This document shows positions 25,920-39,189 of a DNA stretch of 64,000 bases, piece by piece. The position numbers and the translations under genes are program-made. The notes below the pieces were generated by a model, which did no database searches, was not told where the DNA came from, and saw only the letters and a list, made by a program, of their open reading frames with translations. Positions within the stretch are counted from its first letter, which is position 1. Each line of letters begins with the position of its first letter. This DNA is from Camelus ferus (Eukaryota): positions 61,320,001 through 61,384,000 of the forward strand of contig NC_045696.1 of assembly GCF_009834535.1 (NCBI RefSeq), written 5' to 3'.

Positions 25920-28900
25920 TAGGCTGTGGACTATTAGTCAAATAAGCAAATTTAAAAATCCTACCCCAGATGTAGCAGATTTGAATTTGTAAAGAATTAA
26001 AGAGACAGCCCCCAACTTCCACCTAAGTTATATTCCAAGACGTGGCCAAAAGACATTTTCCTACTGAAACAGGGTTACTATGGTATTTAGGTACTCAGGC
26101 TAGCCCAAGGAGGGCCAATTAACCCATAAGCCTCCAGAATTCTTGAACATGTGCAAAGAACATTAGAAAAACGACTAACGCCAGTGGTCAAAACAGAAAA
26201 GCAATAGCACTTGATAAGAAACTGCTTTTTCTTCATCTTGAGTGCCTGCCTGAAGGTCTAAGGCCAGGGGGAGGGATGGACGTCATTTCCCCTGCCTTCC
26301 AATTTTAGAATTTAAAGAAGAAAAGAAAAGGTGTTATGTGGGGGCAGGACACAGCATCCAGTGGGGAGCAGCCTGGAGAAGAAAGGACAGAGTTGACCAA
26401 GTAGCGACATTATGAAAGGAAGCAGCAGGTCCCTGGGAGCCAGCTGGGTGTGAGGGGGCCGGCAGGATGGCCGGGGACCCTAAATTCTCTCCCGTTCAAG
26501 AGGCTGCTTCCTGTAAGGACAGGAGTTCCAGCCTGCACAGAAAGATGACAGAAGGTACTGGATCCGCCAACTGCTGGGCAGACAGGGTGACTCGGAGGCC
26601 TGAGAACAAGGAGGGAAAAGGCAATTTTGCCAATGGGATTTTCTAGAGAAGAGAAATGTGTTTCCAATGGATAGAACCAGAAGTGGATTTAAACTCCTGC
26701 CACCACATACAAAATTCTGTAAGTAGGAGCAGAAGCAGGGTCTGACGGCAGCTGGAAATCCCCCTCAGTCATCAGAAGAGCCACCTGGGCGTCTGGCTAC
26801 TTTTAGCTCTAATTTCCAGTCCTGGAGCTGCACTTACCAGCTGTCTGACCAGGCAGGCACACAACCTCTCAGAACCTCACCTCCTCCTCTGTGAGACAAG
26901 GTGATAAACTCCCACCCAGGGCTGCAGCAGAGGAGAATGAATGTGCTAACACCTGCAGAATTCACATTAGAGTTGGGCACACTTGAGGGATGGGGAGGGG
27001 ATAGATAATCAATGTACTGGCTCCCTCACTTCCCAACTAAGGCTTTGAGGCCTTTGACGCAGGTCATGAGGCTGCAACTGAAGGGTGGAGGAGGACTTTC
27101 ATGATACAAAGTGGGTTTAAAGAGATGAGCACTGTGATTCTAATTTGAGATCAGAGCCTGACAGATGGTCAGACTGTGGGTGGCCACTACCTCCCATCAG
27201 CGGGGCCCTGCCCGCGAGGGGGCCGGCAGTAGGGGCAGGCACAGCTCCCAGGCCAAGCAGAGCAGCCCCAGCCATGACAATAAAAGTGTCCATAACCTCT
27301 AGTTTCGAATGTTCTCAGGTAAAATCAGAGCTGGAAAGAGCCGTGGATCTTCTGGTTCTACACTCTGATTGCACAGATGAGGGAACAGGCTCAGAGAGGC
27401 GAAGGGCTTTTCCTAGTCACACAGCCAGGCAGAGGAAGGGCTGGTCCCAGAAATCAGGCGTCCTGACACCCTGAATGGCAGCCAGAATCCCCCTCATTAG
27501 GAAACACTAGCTCATCCACCACAAGCATTTGATGAAATTGGCTTCTAGTCTTTTTAAAATACATAAATATCATTTTAAATTATATTTTAATATGGTATGA
27601 CTTAAATAATATAGTATAATTTTAAATTAAATTACACATGAACACATTCTTTTTAAAATTAATTTCATTAACTCTTGGGTACATTGTGGTTATTTGGTGT
27701 TTACTGAATGAATGAATGAATGAACGAATGGATGAATGTTTATTCTCACTATCTCAGTTCAGGCCTCAGTCTTTCTATCAGCTCCTCCCTGGATGACGGA
27801 ATAAGCCTTTGATCAGTCCCTTCCTCTGGGTGCCCCTTCACCCAGTGTCCTTCCTCCCTACACTACCCCTAGTCCTACCACAGCCCCACCGCAGGGACCC
27901 AGGGGCAAGGAAGGCAAATGAGGCTGCTCAGAGGAGTCCTCTCATCCTGCTCCTCTCTTAGTCAACATGAGCCTTGGGACACCCTTTGGATGAGACTTGG
28001 GACAGTCCCCAGCATCCCAATCAGCTTCTCCCTCTTGCTAATAAGTGCTGCCCTCACTCAACAGCTGGTTTTGCCCTTGCTTTTTCTCTCCTTTCCCCCT
28101 GATGCCCGGTCTTGGAAAGACCCCAAGCCTCTGGTGGGACTTCAGGAGAATCATTCAATCACAGAAAACTAAGGCCAATTTGATGGGGGAAACTTTTCAC
28201 AATGTATACATATATAACAAATCATTTTGTGTCATGTAAATATCTCAGAATTTTGTCCATTATACCCCCAATAAAGCTAAAAAAGAGAAGACATTCAGGA
28301 CAGATCCTGGAGCACTGGCAGGGCCTGAGAGCCTGGAGATAGAGGCTTGGCCAGGCCCAGCACTGCTGAAGGCAAGGGAGTGAGTGGGTTCTCCAAGAGG
28401 GGGCACAGCTCAAGGATGGGTTCTGGGAGATTTCCTGGCAGGAGGTGACAGGAAGAGTCACAGACAGAGCAACCAGGACTCAGGAGGAGAGTCAGAAGTG
28501 TGTCTGATCCCCAAGGTCAAAGAGATGGTTCAAAAAAGAGGGTGTGGCCAACAGTGGGAATCCAGCTGAGGATGGACAAACAGTGGCCTCCCCTTCCGGA
28601 GATGGACGTGCACCGCCGTCCCCTGGGCCTGGTTGTGACTAGAGGCCCTCGGGCTGGATCTGGCACTGAACAGCCTCCTAGTGAGGCTGGACAGTGAGCC
28701 TGGAAGGGAGGGGACCCTCCATCAAACCCCAGGGACAAGTGCCCAAGACCCCACTGAGCAGAAACAGGGTGGGACGGAAACCAAACAAATTGCTCCTTTA
28801 AAGCCACCTGAATTTCACGTTTCAGGAATGTTTGATTTGGGGCTTCTCTTTCCTGCAGCAGGATATTTAAAGAAAACAAATCTTTAAAAGCTTCAGCTCC

Positions 28901-31900
28901 AAAGCAAAGAGCCCTCTGTGTGCCTACGTCTGGTCTCGGCTTCAGGAACAAACCTCCTTTACTCTTTGGTCTGGATTGTATCCAAGGCAGATAGAACCTC
29001 TGGGCCAAGGTGGGCGCAGCCCAAGGCCCTGCTGACAGTTCAGAGTAGAACCAGCACAACCAGACCCTGGGGCCTTCCAGAGGCTTCCACACCAGGGGTA
29101 CAGTGGGGCTGGCAGACGAGGGTACCAGCTGGGAGCCGAGAGGGCCACATCCCTGCCCCAAACCCGAGTCTGGTCAGCTCTTCCCCCAGGGACAGATACT
29201 TGGTGGCGAAGAGAGGGAGCTGAGAAGTCACCCAAGGAGGTGACCCAGGCGGGTCTGTCTGGGATTCAAAAGGAGGCAGCCCATTCTTGGCCTTGGCTAC
29301 TTCCATAGGGTCCAAATTCAGAGCCTGCAAAAGGGCAGGGGAAATGGAGACAGAGGGACAGGGAGTTACTCCTGCCAAGCTCCCCACGCCAGAGTCCAGC
29401 CATCTCACTGCTCCCTTTACAGCAACCCCACGCCCACGGGGCTGGGCCCGTGTGAAGAAGTGAAAGTCCAGAGCACCTCCGGCCATGCCCTGTCAGCCCA
29501 CGTGCTAGGAGGGCCTGGGCTCTGGTCTCCCTCTGCAGATGCAGTAACAGCAGCTCCGAGAGGCTACAGGCTTTTCTGGGGCCACACCACCAGGAAGCAC
29601 AGGGCCTGCTTTCCAGCCCAGGTCTCCTGATGCCCAGTCTTGGCATCCACTGCCCTGGGTAGGAAAAGGGTAGGCAGGAGAGGGTCTTTCCATGCTGTTT
29701 GTCAAGGGCCAAGGAACAGATATTGAGGAACTACTGGGCAGGGGACTTTCTCAGTCAGATGGCCAAGGGTCCTGCCCAGGGGTCAGTACTCTTCCTTGGT
29801 GACATAAGGTCCCCTTCCCCCACTACCAGGGGACAGATGAGGTTCAGGGAAAGGTCCTTAATGAGTCACTGAATAAGCCCTGCCAAGGGCCTGGCACACC
29901 TCAGGGCTTGTCCCCAGACCAGACCTTCCTCTCTGTCCGCTAGGTCGTGGACTCCCAGGAGGGCAGGGTAGGAGTAGCCCCAAGGATCCCTAGAAGACCC
30001 TGCCCTTGCCGACAGGGAGACGGAGGCCCGAGGACTGTCCAAGGTCATGCCCACGGAAGTAATAGCAGCACCCTCCCCACAATTTACATTGAGGATTAAA
30101 TGAGATAATACAAGCCAAGCACTCAGCCCACAGCTAGCCTTCAAACCGATACTGTTATTATTGTCATCACTTTTGTGAGTTTGCCCATGGGAGCCACGTT
30201 ACCAGGTCTGCAGGAGAAGAAAGAGTGCCCTCCCTGTTTGCAGGCCAGGCCTCTGACCCAGCCAGTTTCTCACAGTGGAGGTGGAAAGGGCTGAGATGCA
30301 GGAGACGGGGACCCAGCCTCACCTGGCCTCTACTTAGCTGCCTGACCCCGGGGCAAGCCCTGCTGCCCACTCCCTGTTTTCTTCCCACTGAAAAATAAGC
30401 TAGATGTTCAGTGTGGGAAGATTTCTTCCCGTGTGGGGACTTCCAACTTCAGCAGCACCAGTCCCACCAGGGGCAGCTGGGAAAGCGTGTGCCTGGCTCG
30501 GAGGAAGAAGCCCGGCTCAGAGACAGACAAAGGCGCCCTGTGCAGGCCTTGCCTCTGGCCGGGCCCAGAGTTCTGGAGGCTTCCATACCCAGCCCGAGAG
30601 CTTCCAAGAATCACAGTTGCAAGTTATTACTTGAAAGTTGTCAGACAGTTTACTTTGTGTTCCTGGAAGCTATAGTCCAGGAAAGTTGGTGGAGGGGCGG
30701 AGAGAGAGAGTGAAAGAGTGTGGAAGTCAGTGAAAGAAGGAAGAGCAGGGAGAGAGCAGACAGAGTGGAAAGAAGGGAAGAGGCGAGGCAAAGACAGACT
30801 CAGAGAGACAGACTGGGACAGGGAGAGGGCAGAGCCGGCAGGAGCGGTGGGCGGTGGCTGTGAGCGAGGCCAGGACACAGGCTCAAATGACCACAGCTTT
30901 GACTTTCTTCAGCCTGGGACACTGCCTGGCCTCAGAACAGAAGCAACAAGGTGCTTTCTTAACAGGAAACTCCCTCGCCTGTGTGGGAGGGCAGAGCCAT
31001 TTAGGTGGTTTCTCTTGCTGCTCCCTTGAACACTCAGCCCACACCTTCACTCCCTTTTGGCCTGGGGACACAAATAGTGCTTGATTTTCGTTAAAACAGC
31101 ACCACAAACATCCCCTCCGAAGCAGCACACTTCCCCTTTGCTGCCTGGCCTCTAGGAAACATGCTCCAAACGGCAAGAGCGGGCTGCTGTTGCCACAGTG
31201 ACCAGCATCTCCAAGGCCCCGGCAGGTCACAAAGTCCTGACTCGGGCATCACCTGGATCCTATTGTGGGGACAATCACTACCACGATTTAGCACCTGTCA
31301 CATGCCAGAACGCGGGTCAAGCTCTCCACGTGCACTGAATAAAGAATCCTCATACAAGCACAACAGAGGCCACGATTCATCCCATGTTACAGTGGGAAAC
31401 CTTGGCCATCTGGCTTCTGAGCCCAGGCCTTAACCACTACTCTCAGCTGAAATAAAACAGAACCGCCTATGAGGCACATCATAAAGACAAAGGCTAAAGG
31501 AGCTTTGGCTCTGCCACTTAGAAGCAATGTGACCTTGGGGAAGTGGCTTGTTTGCTCAGTTCTGGCTTCCTCATCTCTAGGACCAGAATAACCGCCTCAG
31601 GGGGGTTGTCACGAGAACTAAGGGAGATCCTGTGAACGACCTAGCCCAGGCCCTGGCCCCAGGGGCACTCAGGAAAGTTTTGTGACCCAGCACGAGCCTG
31701 GCAAACCTTCAGCCCAGCCACCTCCCTCCACCACGCTCTGCGTGCAGGACTGAAGGAGGACATGGGTGTCGCTGGAGCATCACCTGGGTGCCAGGGACTG
31801 GGTGCCCAGGAGGGTCAGCCAGCGAGGGGCCCCTGACTTGGGAGGTGTTAGGCTTCTGGCCCCCGATCCCAGCTCCAGCCGCCTCCTCTGCCCTCTCTGT

Positions 31901-34900
31901 CCAGGCCCCACCCCACCCTCAGCCACTGGCAGGGTCCCCTTGGGTGGGGTGGGCAAGGCAGGGTAGGGCGGGGCTGAGCACAAGGGAGCGGGGCGTCATT
32001 ATCACTCCCAGCAGAGATGGAGTTAAGCCTGCCTTCTTATCAGGGCCTCAGGTCCTGTGCTGATACACCCTGCCTGGCTCTGTGGGGGCTGGTGGGGGGC
32101 AGTGGTGGCTCCCCAAGTCTTTCCTCCTCTGAAATGGTCACCAGAGCAGGAATAGGAGAGGCAACCTGGGCTTGGACAATGTGCCATCCTAGGCAATCCC
32201 GTTCCTCTCTGGTAAAAATCTGTGAAATCGAGGGTGGAGAGGCAGCTAGATGAGATGACTCCTAAGTCCCTTCTAGCTCCAAAGACTTAGGACCCTGTGA
32301 CCACCTGTGAGCTGGCCATAGTGGTCATCCTGTTACGGACGAGGGACCTGAGGCCGAGCAGAGGACAGAAACCTGCTCCCATGGCACACTAGCTGAGTGA
32401 CACCCAGGCCTCCTGACTTCAGCCCGCTGCTCTTCCCAGCCCCGTGCCCTGAACTTCGGAAGGCCCATGGAGGAAACGGCTGGAGATGACAAGGGGTGGC
32501 TGCTTCTGGGCTCCCCCTCCTTCCATCAGGCTCCAGGAATGGGCAGGGTATCTCTCAGAGTGGCTCCAGACCTGTGGGCACATGCTAGCCCTGCTTGGGG
32601 ATCACTCCTTGGCTCCTGCCTAAGGGAATGCAGGCTTCCAGGGTGTGTGGAGAGCTGGCCCCGTTTTCAGGCCCTGATAACACCCCTCCCCATATCAGTG
32701 AGCCAAGGATTGAGAGGTGTGTCTGGGAGTCAAGAGCAGGTTCAGCAGAAATGTGGAGGTGGCTGAAAGCAAAGGTGGGTGCAGATCAACCAAGGCCTAC
32801 AGGACAGGAAAGAATCTCCGAGGGATGTCCAAGGCTTAGGGGAGAGGGAGTCAAAGGAAGGGGTGAGCTAGGTCCCACTTACTGCTTGGGAGATGAAATG
32901 CTTAATCCAAGGTGCTTTCCTAAGGGAATCCTAGAAATCTCAGAGACCCAGAGAGAGAGACCCAGAATCTACATCCCAGGGCAGGAGGGAACATGGCTGC
33001 CTTTGAGAAAGTTATGTCCTTGCCCAGTGAGGAAACTGAGGCCCAGGCTGTTGAGGGAGATGACTCACACGTGGCTTAGGACTTGGAAGTCCCTACCTGA
33101 GACTGGGTGAGTCCCCCTACAGCTGGAGGCAGGGACCTGGTGGGTGCAGTCCTGATGAACCAGGCAGAGTAGCAGAGAGACGGGCAGCAGGACAAGGCAG
33201 GGCTAGGCCTGGCCTTCTCGGCCCCTGTGGAGCTGGGGCTCTAGGCAGGCTCCATTCAGGCACCCAGTCAGTTCCATGAATATCCTCCATCCAGGCCTTG
33301 GCCCGGGTTCCTGAATTCTTGTCCTCTCTGGCCGAGGCCCAGACCATCCTGAGGACTCCCATTTGGGAGCTGACCTCAGAGCCTCTCCTCACTGCAGGGC
33401 AGCCTGGGCTGAGCTGGGCTCTCTGAACACACACAGACACAAGACTCACACAGATTTGTGCACCACATACATACCTGGGTCCAGGGCCCAAAAGGTCTCA
33501 TGCCCTCATCCCCTCACCATGCGAACACGGACTGTGGGCTACCCAGACAGGCAACGCTGCTTCAGCTTTGCTTGAAAATACGAGCCTTAAGGATTTTAAA
33601 TGTGGCCATGGAAGCCACATACCATAAGGCCAAAACTGGGCTGCCTTTTTCTTTGCCAGTGAATACCCCACACCCCTCCCAGGAATCCAAGGTTAACCCT
33701 GAGTGCTGAGAAAAGGCTTGAGCCCCAAGGGAGGTTGGGACTTGAGAGACACTGGGACCAGGGCAAAGGGGGCGAGAAAGAGCTGGAGTCCTTAGGTTGA
33801 ACAAGGCTGGCCAAGACCCAGAGCCAGAGCCAGTGCCGTGGGGGAGGCTGGGCCTGGACATGGAAGGGCCTGAGGCTGCCACAGACAGGATGGGAGGAAG
33901 AAGGAAAGAGCCTCAAAGGGGACTCAATGTGGAGAGAACCTGAGCCATGCCCTGCATCATCGGTCACCCACCTCCCCAGCTGGGCTGACACATGTGGAGG
34001 ATGAGCTCCTGTCCCCAGGACACAAGCACACACGTGCACACACAGGCACACACCTTCACAGGCCCCTGGGGTGTTCATCTGACCCTTCGGTGACGTCCTT
34101 CCCTCTCTCCCTCAACACACCTCATTTTGCCTGAATACAGGGGTGGTAGGAAACAGAGTGGTCGGAGCCCATCCTCACCTCCTAAGGCAGCAGGTCTGAA
34201 AGCTCAGGGTGGCAGGACCCCATGGGGCCCTTGAGATTCAGGGATGGGGCACTTCAGATTCTGACTCCGCCCCTCTCCCCACCAGAGATGCTGAGTCAGT
34301 GGTCTGGGGCTCAGGTAATTCTGATGTGGTGTGGTAGCTGCGTGGTGGACAAAATAATCATCATCATAGTGGCTGCATTCATTGTGTGCCTACTGCATAC
34401 CTGGTGTTTTACATGAACCACCTCATTTCATCTTCTAACAACTTTCCTGGAAGGTGCCATTAGTTCTATTCCCAAGGTCACTCTGGCCACTTGAGGAACC
34501 ACAGTTCGACTTGGTTCCCTCGCACTCACCCTATCCCCGCCCCTCCTTCCCCTACAGACTCACAGGGCCTGTAACCCACCCTAGACACAGGACCGGAACA
34601 AGCACCTGACTCCCCCAAAAGAGGGAGTGGCCAGGATGAGACCGGCTTGCAGGAAAGATGCAGGATTGGACTATGATGGAGAACAATCCCACACCTCCAC
34701 CTCCTGGGATGAGGCAGGAGGAGGGCCTGCTCCCAGCCTGAGAGCCAGCCCCAACCCACCCCGGAGGCGCCAGTGTGGCAGGGCTGGACCAGGCCAGGCT
34801 TGGCGAATTCCCAGGAGGCGGGCGCCCCCTGCAGCCAGACGGGGGTGCAGCAGGGCGTCGGCCGGGACTTTCCCGCGGCTGACACCCTCACGGCTGGGTT

Positions 34901-35118
34901 TTCTCTTATAACATCCCCAGCCCTCGCCGTGGTTGTTATGGTTGCCCCATTTTAACGATGAGAGCAATGTTGAGTGTCTTGCCCAAGGTCGCAGAGTCAG
35001 TCAGTATTGGATCTTGGCTCCTCCCTCCCAGCCCCTCAGAGCCCGCCACATCCCCATAATCCCTCGCACTCAGGACAGACAGCGCAGCAAGGCAGTCGGA
35101 GGAGGCAGGCAAAGGGTA

Positions 35119-35124
35119 TTTAAT
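35119..35124 (-). terminator. Candidate polyadenylation signal ATTAAA of ZDHHC19
   Basis: tttaat on + strand, just past the predicted stop in an otherwise GC-rich context. Confidence 0.6.
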
Positions 35125-35197
35125 GGGCTTTGGGGCCTCCCAGCACTCCCGCCAGGGGGGTGGGTAAGGGCAGGGCACAGAGGTCTCCACGAGGGGC

Positions 35198-35317
35198 TCA
35201 AGAGGTGGGGTTCGGGTGCAGGGGCTCCTGGCATCGGCCAGTGCGAAAGGGCGAGAGGCAGACGGAGCTTCGCCTGGGGGCCTCCCGCAGCGGGGGCAGC
35301 ACCGGGCCAGCCTGGAG
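35198..35317 (-). CDS. ZDHHC19: ZDHHC19 probable terminal coding exon 8 (LQAGPVLPPLREAPRRSSVCLSPFRTGRCQEPLHPNPTS*)
   Basis: Pyrimidine-rich acceptor ...ctctatgtttag, phase 0, TGA at 35200-35198, ATTAAA about 75 nt downstream. An in-frame alternative acceptor lies 6 nt further on. No protein-level recognition. Confidence 0.6.
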   Translation of the reverse strand, partial: LQAGPVLPPLREAPRRSSVCLSPFRTGRCQEPLHPNPTS

Positions 35318-35878
35318 CTAAACATAGAGTGGGGGATGGGTGCTCTCCCCGAAACCCGCCCCCCAGCCCACCCAACCGGGGAGCAAGAAACCGTCCAAGC
35401 CACCGCCCCCTACAGGCAGAGCAAAGGGAGTGGGTTGGCACCCAGAATGTCCCTGCAGGTGCCTGGTGTGTGGGACATCCTAATGCTCCACTTCCATATG
35501 GTTCACAGACTGGGCTTCAGCGCAAAAGGTGCCTTTAAATAGGGGAATCTGCCCCCCAACCCAATTATAAACCACTGAACTAGTCTCAGTCCTCATTAAT
35601 AGCTGAAGAAACTGAGGCCCAGAAGGAATAAATGACTGGCCCAAGGCCATCCGGCAAGTGAATGGTGTGGCCTTTTCCCTTTGTGTCTCCAGGGACCCCT
35701 GGTGTTTTCTGGAGACCTGTGACTCTACCTCCAACACTCCTCCAGCCTAAAATCTCCATCCCCTGAGCTCTGAGTGCTCCAGCTTCAGGGCAGCCCAACA
35801 TGGGAGGGAGGGGGGTCCCGGACACCCGTACTATGGGCAGACGCCCCCTCCCAGCACACACAGGCACACACTCCTCAC

Positions 35879-36083
35879 CTCCTGGAGGGCTGCAGCCTCA
35901 CCACTCCCTGGGGGACCCTTCCCTGGTTTGTAAAGACCCAGAGGTTGGGGCTGGGAGCCAGACCCAGGCCCAGGGAGGGTTGGAGGACTGAGCACAGGAG
36001 GGCACACGGAGATGTGCGGATTGTGCACGGGCACCCAGTCAGGCATCTCCACTCTCTGCAGCCAGACAGCTTTGGCCATGTAC
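35879..36083 (-). CDS. ZDHHC19: ZDHHC19 coding exon 7 (KYMAKAVWLQRVEMPDW...GEAAALQE)
   Basis: ORF 35831..36157 contains YMAKAVWLQRV, like recalled human YMAEAVQLQRV. ccctag acceptor, GAG|GTGAGG donor, 205 nt. Confidence 0.85.
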
Positions 36084-36383
36084 CTAGGGAGTGACAAGCC
36101 AGATGCAAGGGGTCCCTGGCCCTCCTGGCCCTGCAGGGAGCAGGGGACCAGTCTCAACCAGGCTGCAGTGCCCCTCTACCCCATTTCTTGGTGAAAGAAC
36201 CCACAGAGGCAAGGAAGAGGAGGCTCGAGAGGCTCCCACAATGCCTTGGAGAAAATCCCAAAAGAAGAACCATGAGTGTAAGGAGCTGGGAGCTGTGCTA
36301 AGGGGTCAGGGGAGATGACCCAGCCGCACCCCACCCCCCCAGCCCCCCGGGCCACCACTCAGGCCTCTGGTTTGCCAACTCAC

Positions 36384-36469
36384 TTGGGTCCTAGCGGTGC
36401 ACAGATTGTTAAATACCAGTTGCTGGCACAGCCATGGTCGAAGGGGTTGTATCCCTGCAGGTGTTGGCA
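36384..36469 (-). CDS. ZDHHC19: ZDHHC19 coding exon 6 (CQHLQGYNPFDHGCASNWYLTICAPLGP)
   Basis: NPF..G...N PaCCT-type motif in ORF 36380..36643. ctccag acceptor, AA|GTGAGT donor, 86 nt. Confidence 0.95.
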
Positions 36470-37859
36470 CTGGAGTGGGGGGTGAGGACAGGAAGAGGAG
36501 CTCAGATCTAGCAGGAATGGGCGGACCAGCCCCCTCACCTGCCCTCCCTGCACAGGCCAGCTCAGTCCAGGGCTGCAGCAAGACTCCAAGGACAGAGAAG
36601 CCAGGAGAGTCAGGCAAGGCCTCCCCCAACACACTTCTGGCATTGCTCTGGCATTGCTCCCACCTCCCCTGCCTTTTCAGGGGTCCTCCCCCATCACCTT
36701 GTAGCCTCCCGTTCTCAGTATCCTCCCCTTCTCTGTCTCCTTTGACCACACACATCCTCCAGGTACTTCCTTCCGGGTACACTTTCAGATCTTCCTTTTG
36801 CTGCTAAACTGCTCCAAAGACAGTTCCACCCCTGCTCCCTCAACTTCTCTACTTTCTCATGTTTCATTTTTTGCTAAAATTGTGCCTTCCCTGAATTTCA
36901 CTGTCAGTGAAGGGCAGCTGTATGGGGTGCAACCATATTGCCCTAACCAAAAGCACATGGGCCTGAAAGTCTGGGCTGAAGGTCTTGAGCACCCAGTGCT
37001 TGACCAATGAATGTAAAGATCAAGGCAAAGGTCAAGTCCTCCTCTGGTCACTCTTGACCATGTTCTCTTCCTCTCCTCCTGCCACCTATCAGTCTCGCCC
37101 CCTCCTCCTCCCCAGCACAGCGAGACACTGGGACTTCAAGAGCCTTAGCTACAGAATGTTAGTCATGACACAAAGTGGCCCAGGAGCACCTCGGCCCCAC
37201 CAGCTCCCCTGTGTCGCGTGCCCCTGTTATGAAGATTTTTATCTTCAACACTATTCTGCACCAGAGGGAACCAGGACTCCATGCAGGGCAGCTGACACCT
37301 AGGGGAGGAGAAGTCAAGACCCCAGAACATCCCGTTGTTGCCAAAAAGCAATACTATCATGATATTTTGAGTTCTGCCTACTTTATGGTGTGTAAAGCAT
37401 TTAAGAAAAACCAGTATTCTATTCTATTCTAATTAAATGGTTATAAGAGTTTGATCAAACTGACAGTCAGAATTTAAAATCTAGAGAAATAAATTTTTAT
37501 TTGCTAGATGTACATGATGTATAGAAAAATGTTGATTGCTCAGTGCTTAAGGAGTGGTAATTGTTTAATGAAATCCTAAGAACTGACCAATAAAGTAGAA
37601 CTCCTCCCTCTCCCCACATGGGACCCTCAGACGTGAATGGAATCCAACAGCTCGGAAGTTCCCAGACTGTCCTCTCTCACGGGCTCCAGACCTGGTCTCC
37701 GGCTCCAATTCTGTGTCTCAAACGCACTCACACCCCACAGGACCAAAACCGAAGTGAGGGCCATGTCTCCTGCTCAATTCCCTGATGCCTCTGCTCTCTC
37801 ACCTTCTACCCCAAGGATTGGAGCATCAGGCTTCTCTCTCTTCTTCTCTTTCTTTCTCT

Positions 37860-38420
37860 CCCAAAGCATTATACATTCCTTTATAGGTTCACTCATTTGT
37901 TCATAAATATTTAGGGACCTCAACACTGTTCCAGGCATTGTGCTGGGGACTGAGGACACACCACAGACAACAAAGCCAGCCTTAACTTTCAGAGTGGTGA
38001 GAGCAGCGCAGAGAGGGCTTTGGTGAGAAGGGCAGGCAGCCCAGGCCAAGACTCCAAGGTGCAGGCAGGGGACTAGCAGCCTAGACAGCAGAGAGCGCTG
38101 AGCCCTGAGCAGCTGGGGAAGGACCCCTGCAGGGACATTCTGTCTCAGGTTCTGCTGTGTCCAGGCTGGAAAGGTTAGTCTGAGGACTGCCTGCTGCTTG
38201 GGCCACCTGCAGCACCCGTGTGACAGTGAGGATGGACGCAGTGCTGGAGTGGGTTGAGGAGGGTGAAGAATGACACTAATGAGCACAGCCAACTCTTTCA
38301 GGAAATATGGCTACGCTGGAGAGGAGAGCACAGCAGGTGGAGTGGAGGGCTGTGATGTTAAGGGATGTCTGCTTTGTTGTTAAGATGCGAGTGACATGAA
38401 CATGTGTAATGACGATGGGA
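37860..38420 (-). mobile_element. L2 fragment (others likely near 27690-27840, 45600-45900, 54100-54520, 57560-58590)
   Basis: cattcattc-type tail and ccaggcattgtgctggggactgag motif. Confidence 0.6.
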
Positions 38421-38429
38421 AGGAATGGT

Positions 38430-38630
38430 AATAACGGTAACATGCAAGCTGCTTATTCATACCAACCACCATTCTGTGTATCTTACACATACTCATCTAT
38501 GCTGTCCTCTTTTACACATGGGGAAACTGAGGCACCAGATGGCTAAGTAACACAGCCAAGATCTCCCTGCTGGTATGTCATGGAGCTGTGATTTGAATTC
38601 ATGTGGTCTGGCTCCAGAGCCCTTGCTGTC
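38430..38630 (-). mobile_element. MIR SINE (others near 1960, 15130, 22100, 25510, 26810, 31500, 50930, 57400)
   Basis: Core ttttacacatggggaaactgaggcac..ggctaagtaac. Confidence 0.7.
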
Positions 38631-39189
38631 TAAGCAAGTGGCCCAGCAGAAGTTGTGGTCAAGGGGTGGAGGCAGGAAGGAAATGCAGCTGAGGTGTGTG
38701 AAGAATGCCTGGAATGGGTTCTGGTAATGGAAGAGCCCTGCCTGGTGAATCACAGAGTGCAGACCACACTTAGGTTTCCTATAAGGCCTATAAGAGGCTA
38801 TAAGATCCTGGTTTCGTATAGACAGCCCCATCTGAACAGTGGAAGGAGGGCAGGCCTATGGCCTGACCTGGGATGGAAGAATCACAGGATGTGGGAAGGG
38901 AGAGTACTGCCCAGGAGAGGCTGAAATGATGGACTGAGGCTGGAGAGAGAAGACATGCAGACCACACGGAGCTGATGAGTAAGGGCTGAGCAGAGGAGTC
39001 ACAGGTGGGCTGAGAACCAAATATGGGTAGGGTAGAGTGATTAAGTGGTGACTGGAAGGATGGAAAATGGTGAGCAAAGAAGGCTCCTCTGTCCTTTCAG
39101 CTGTCTCAATGTCTCCAGCCTCTCCCTCATTGATGTGGCCCACTACAGTCTTCCTAAAACAGCCTTTAGTCAAGTCATTGTCATGTGGA

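Noticed and set aside
28517..35538. Several 150-214 aa ORFs in the GC-rich region beyond the ZDHHC19 3' end
   Set aside because: Low-complexity G/P/R/A-rich translations overlapping on both strands, with no domain or exon chain recognised.
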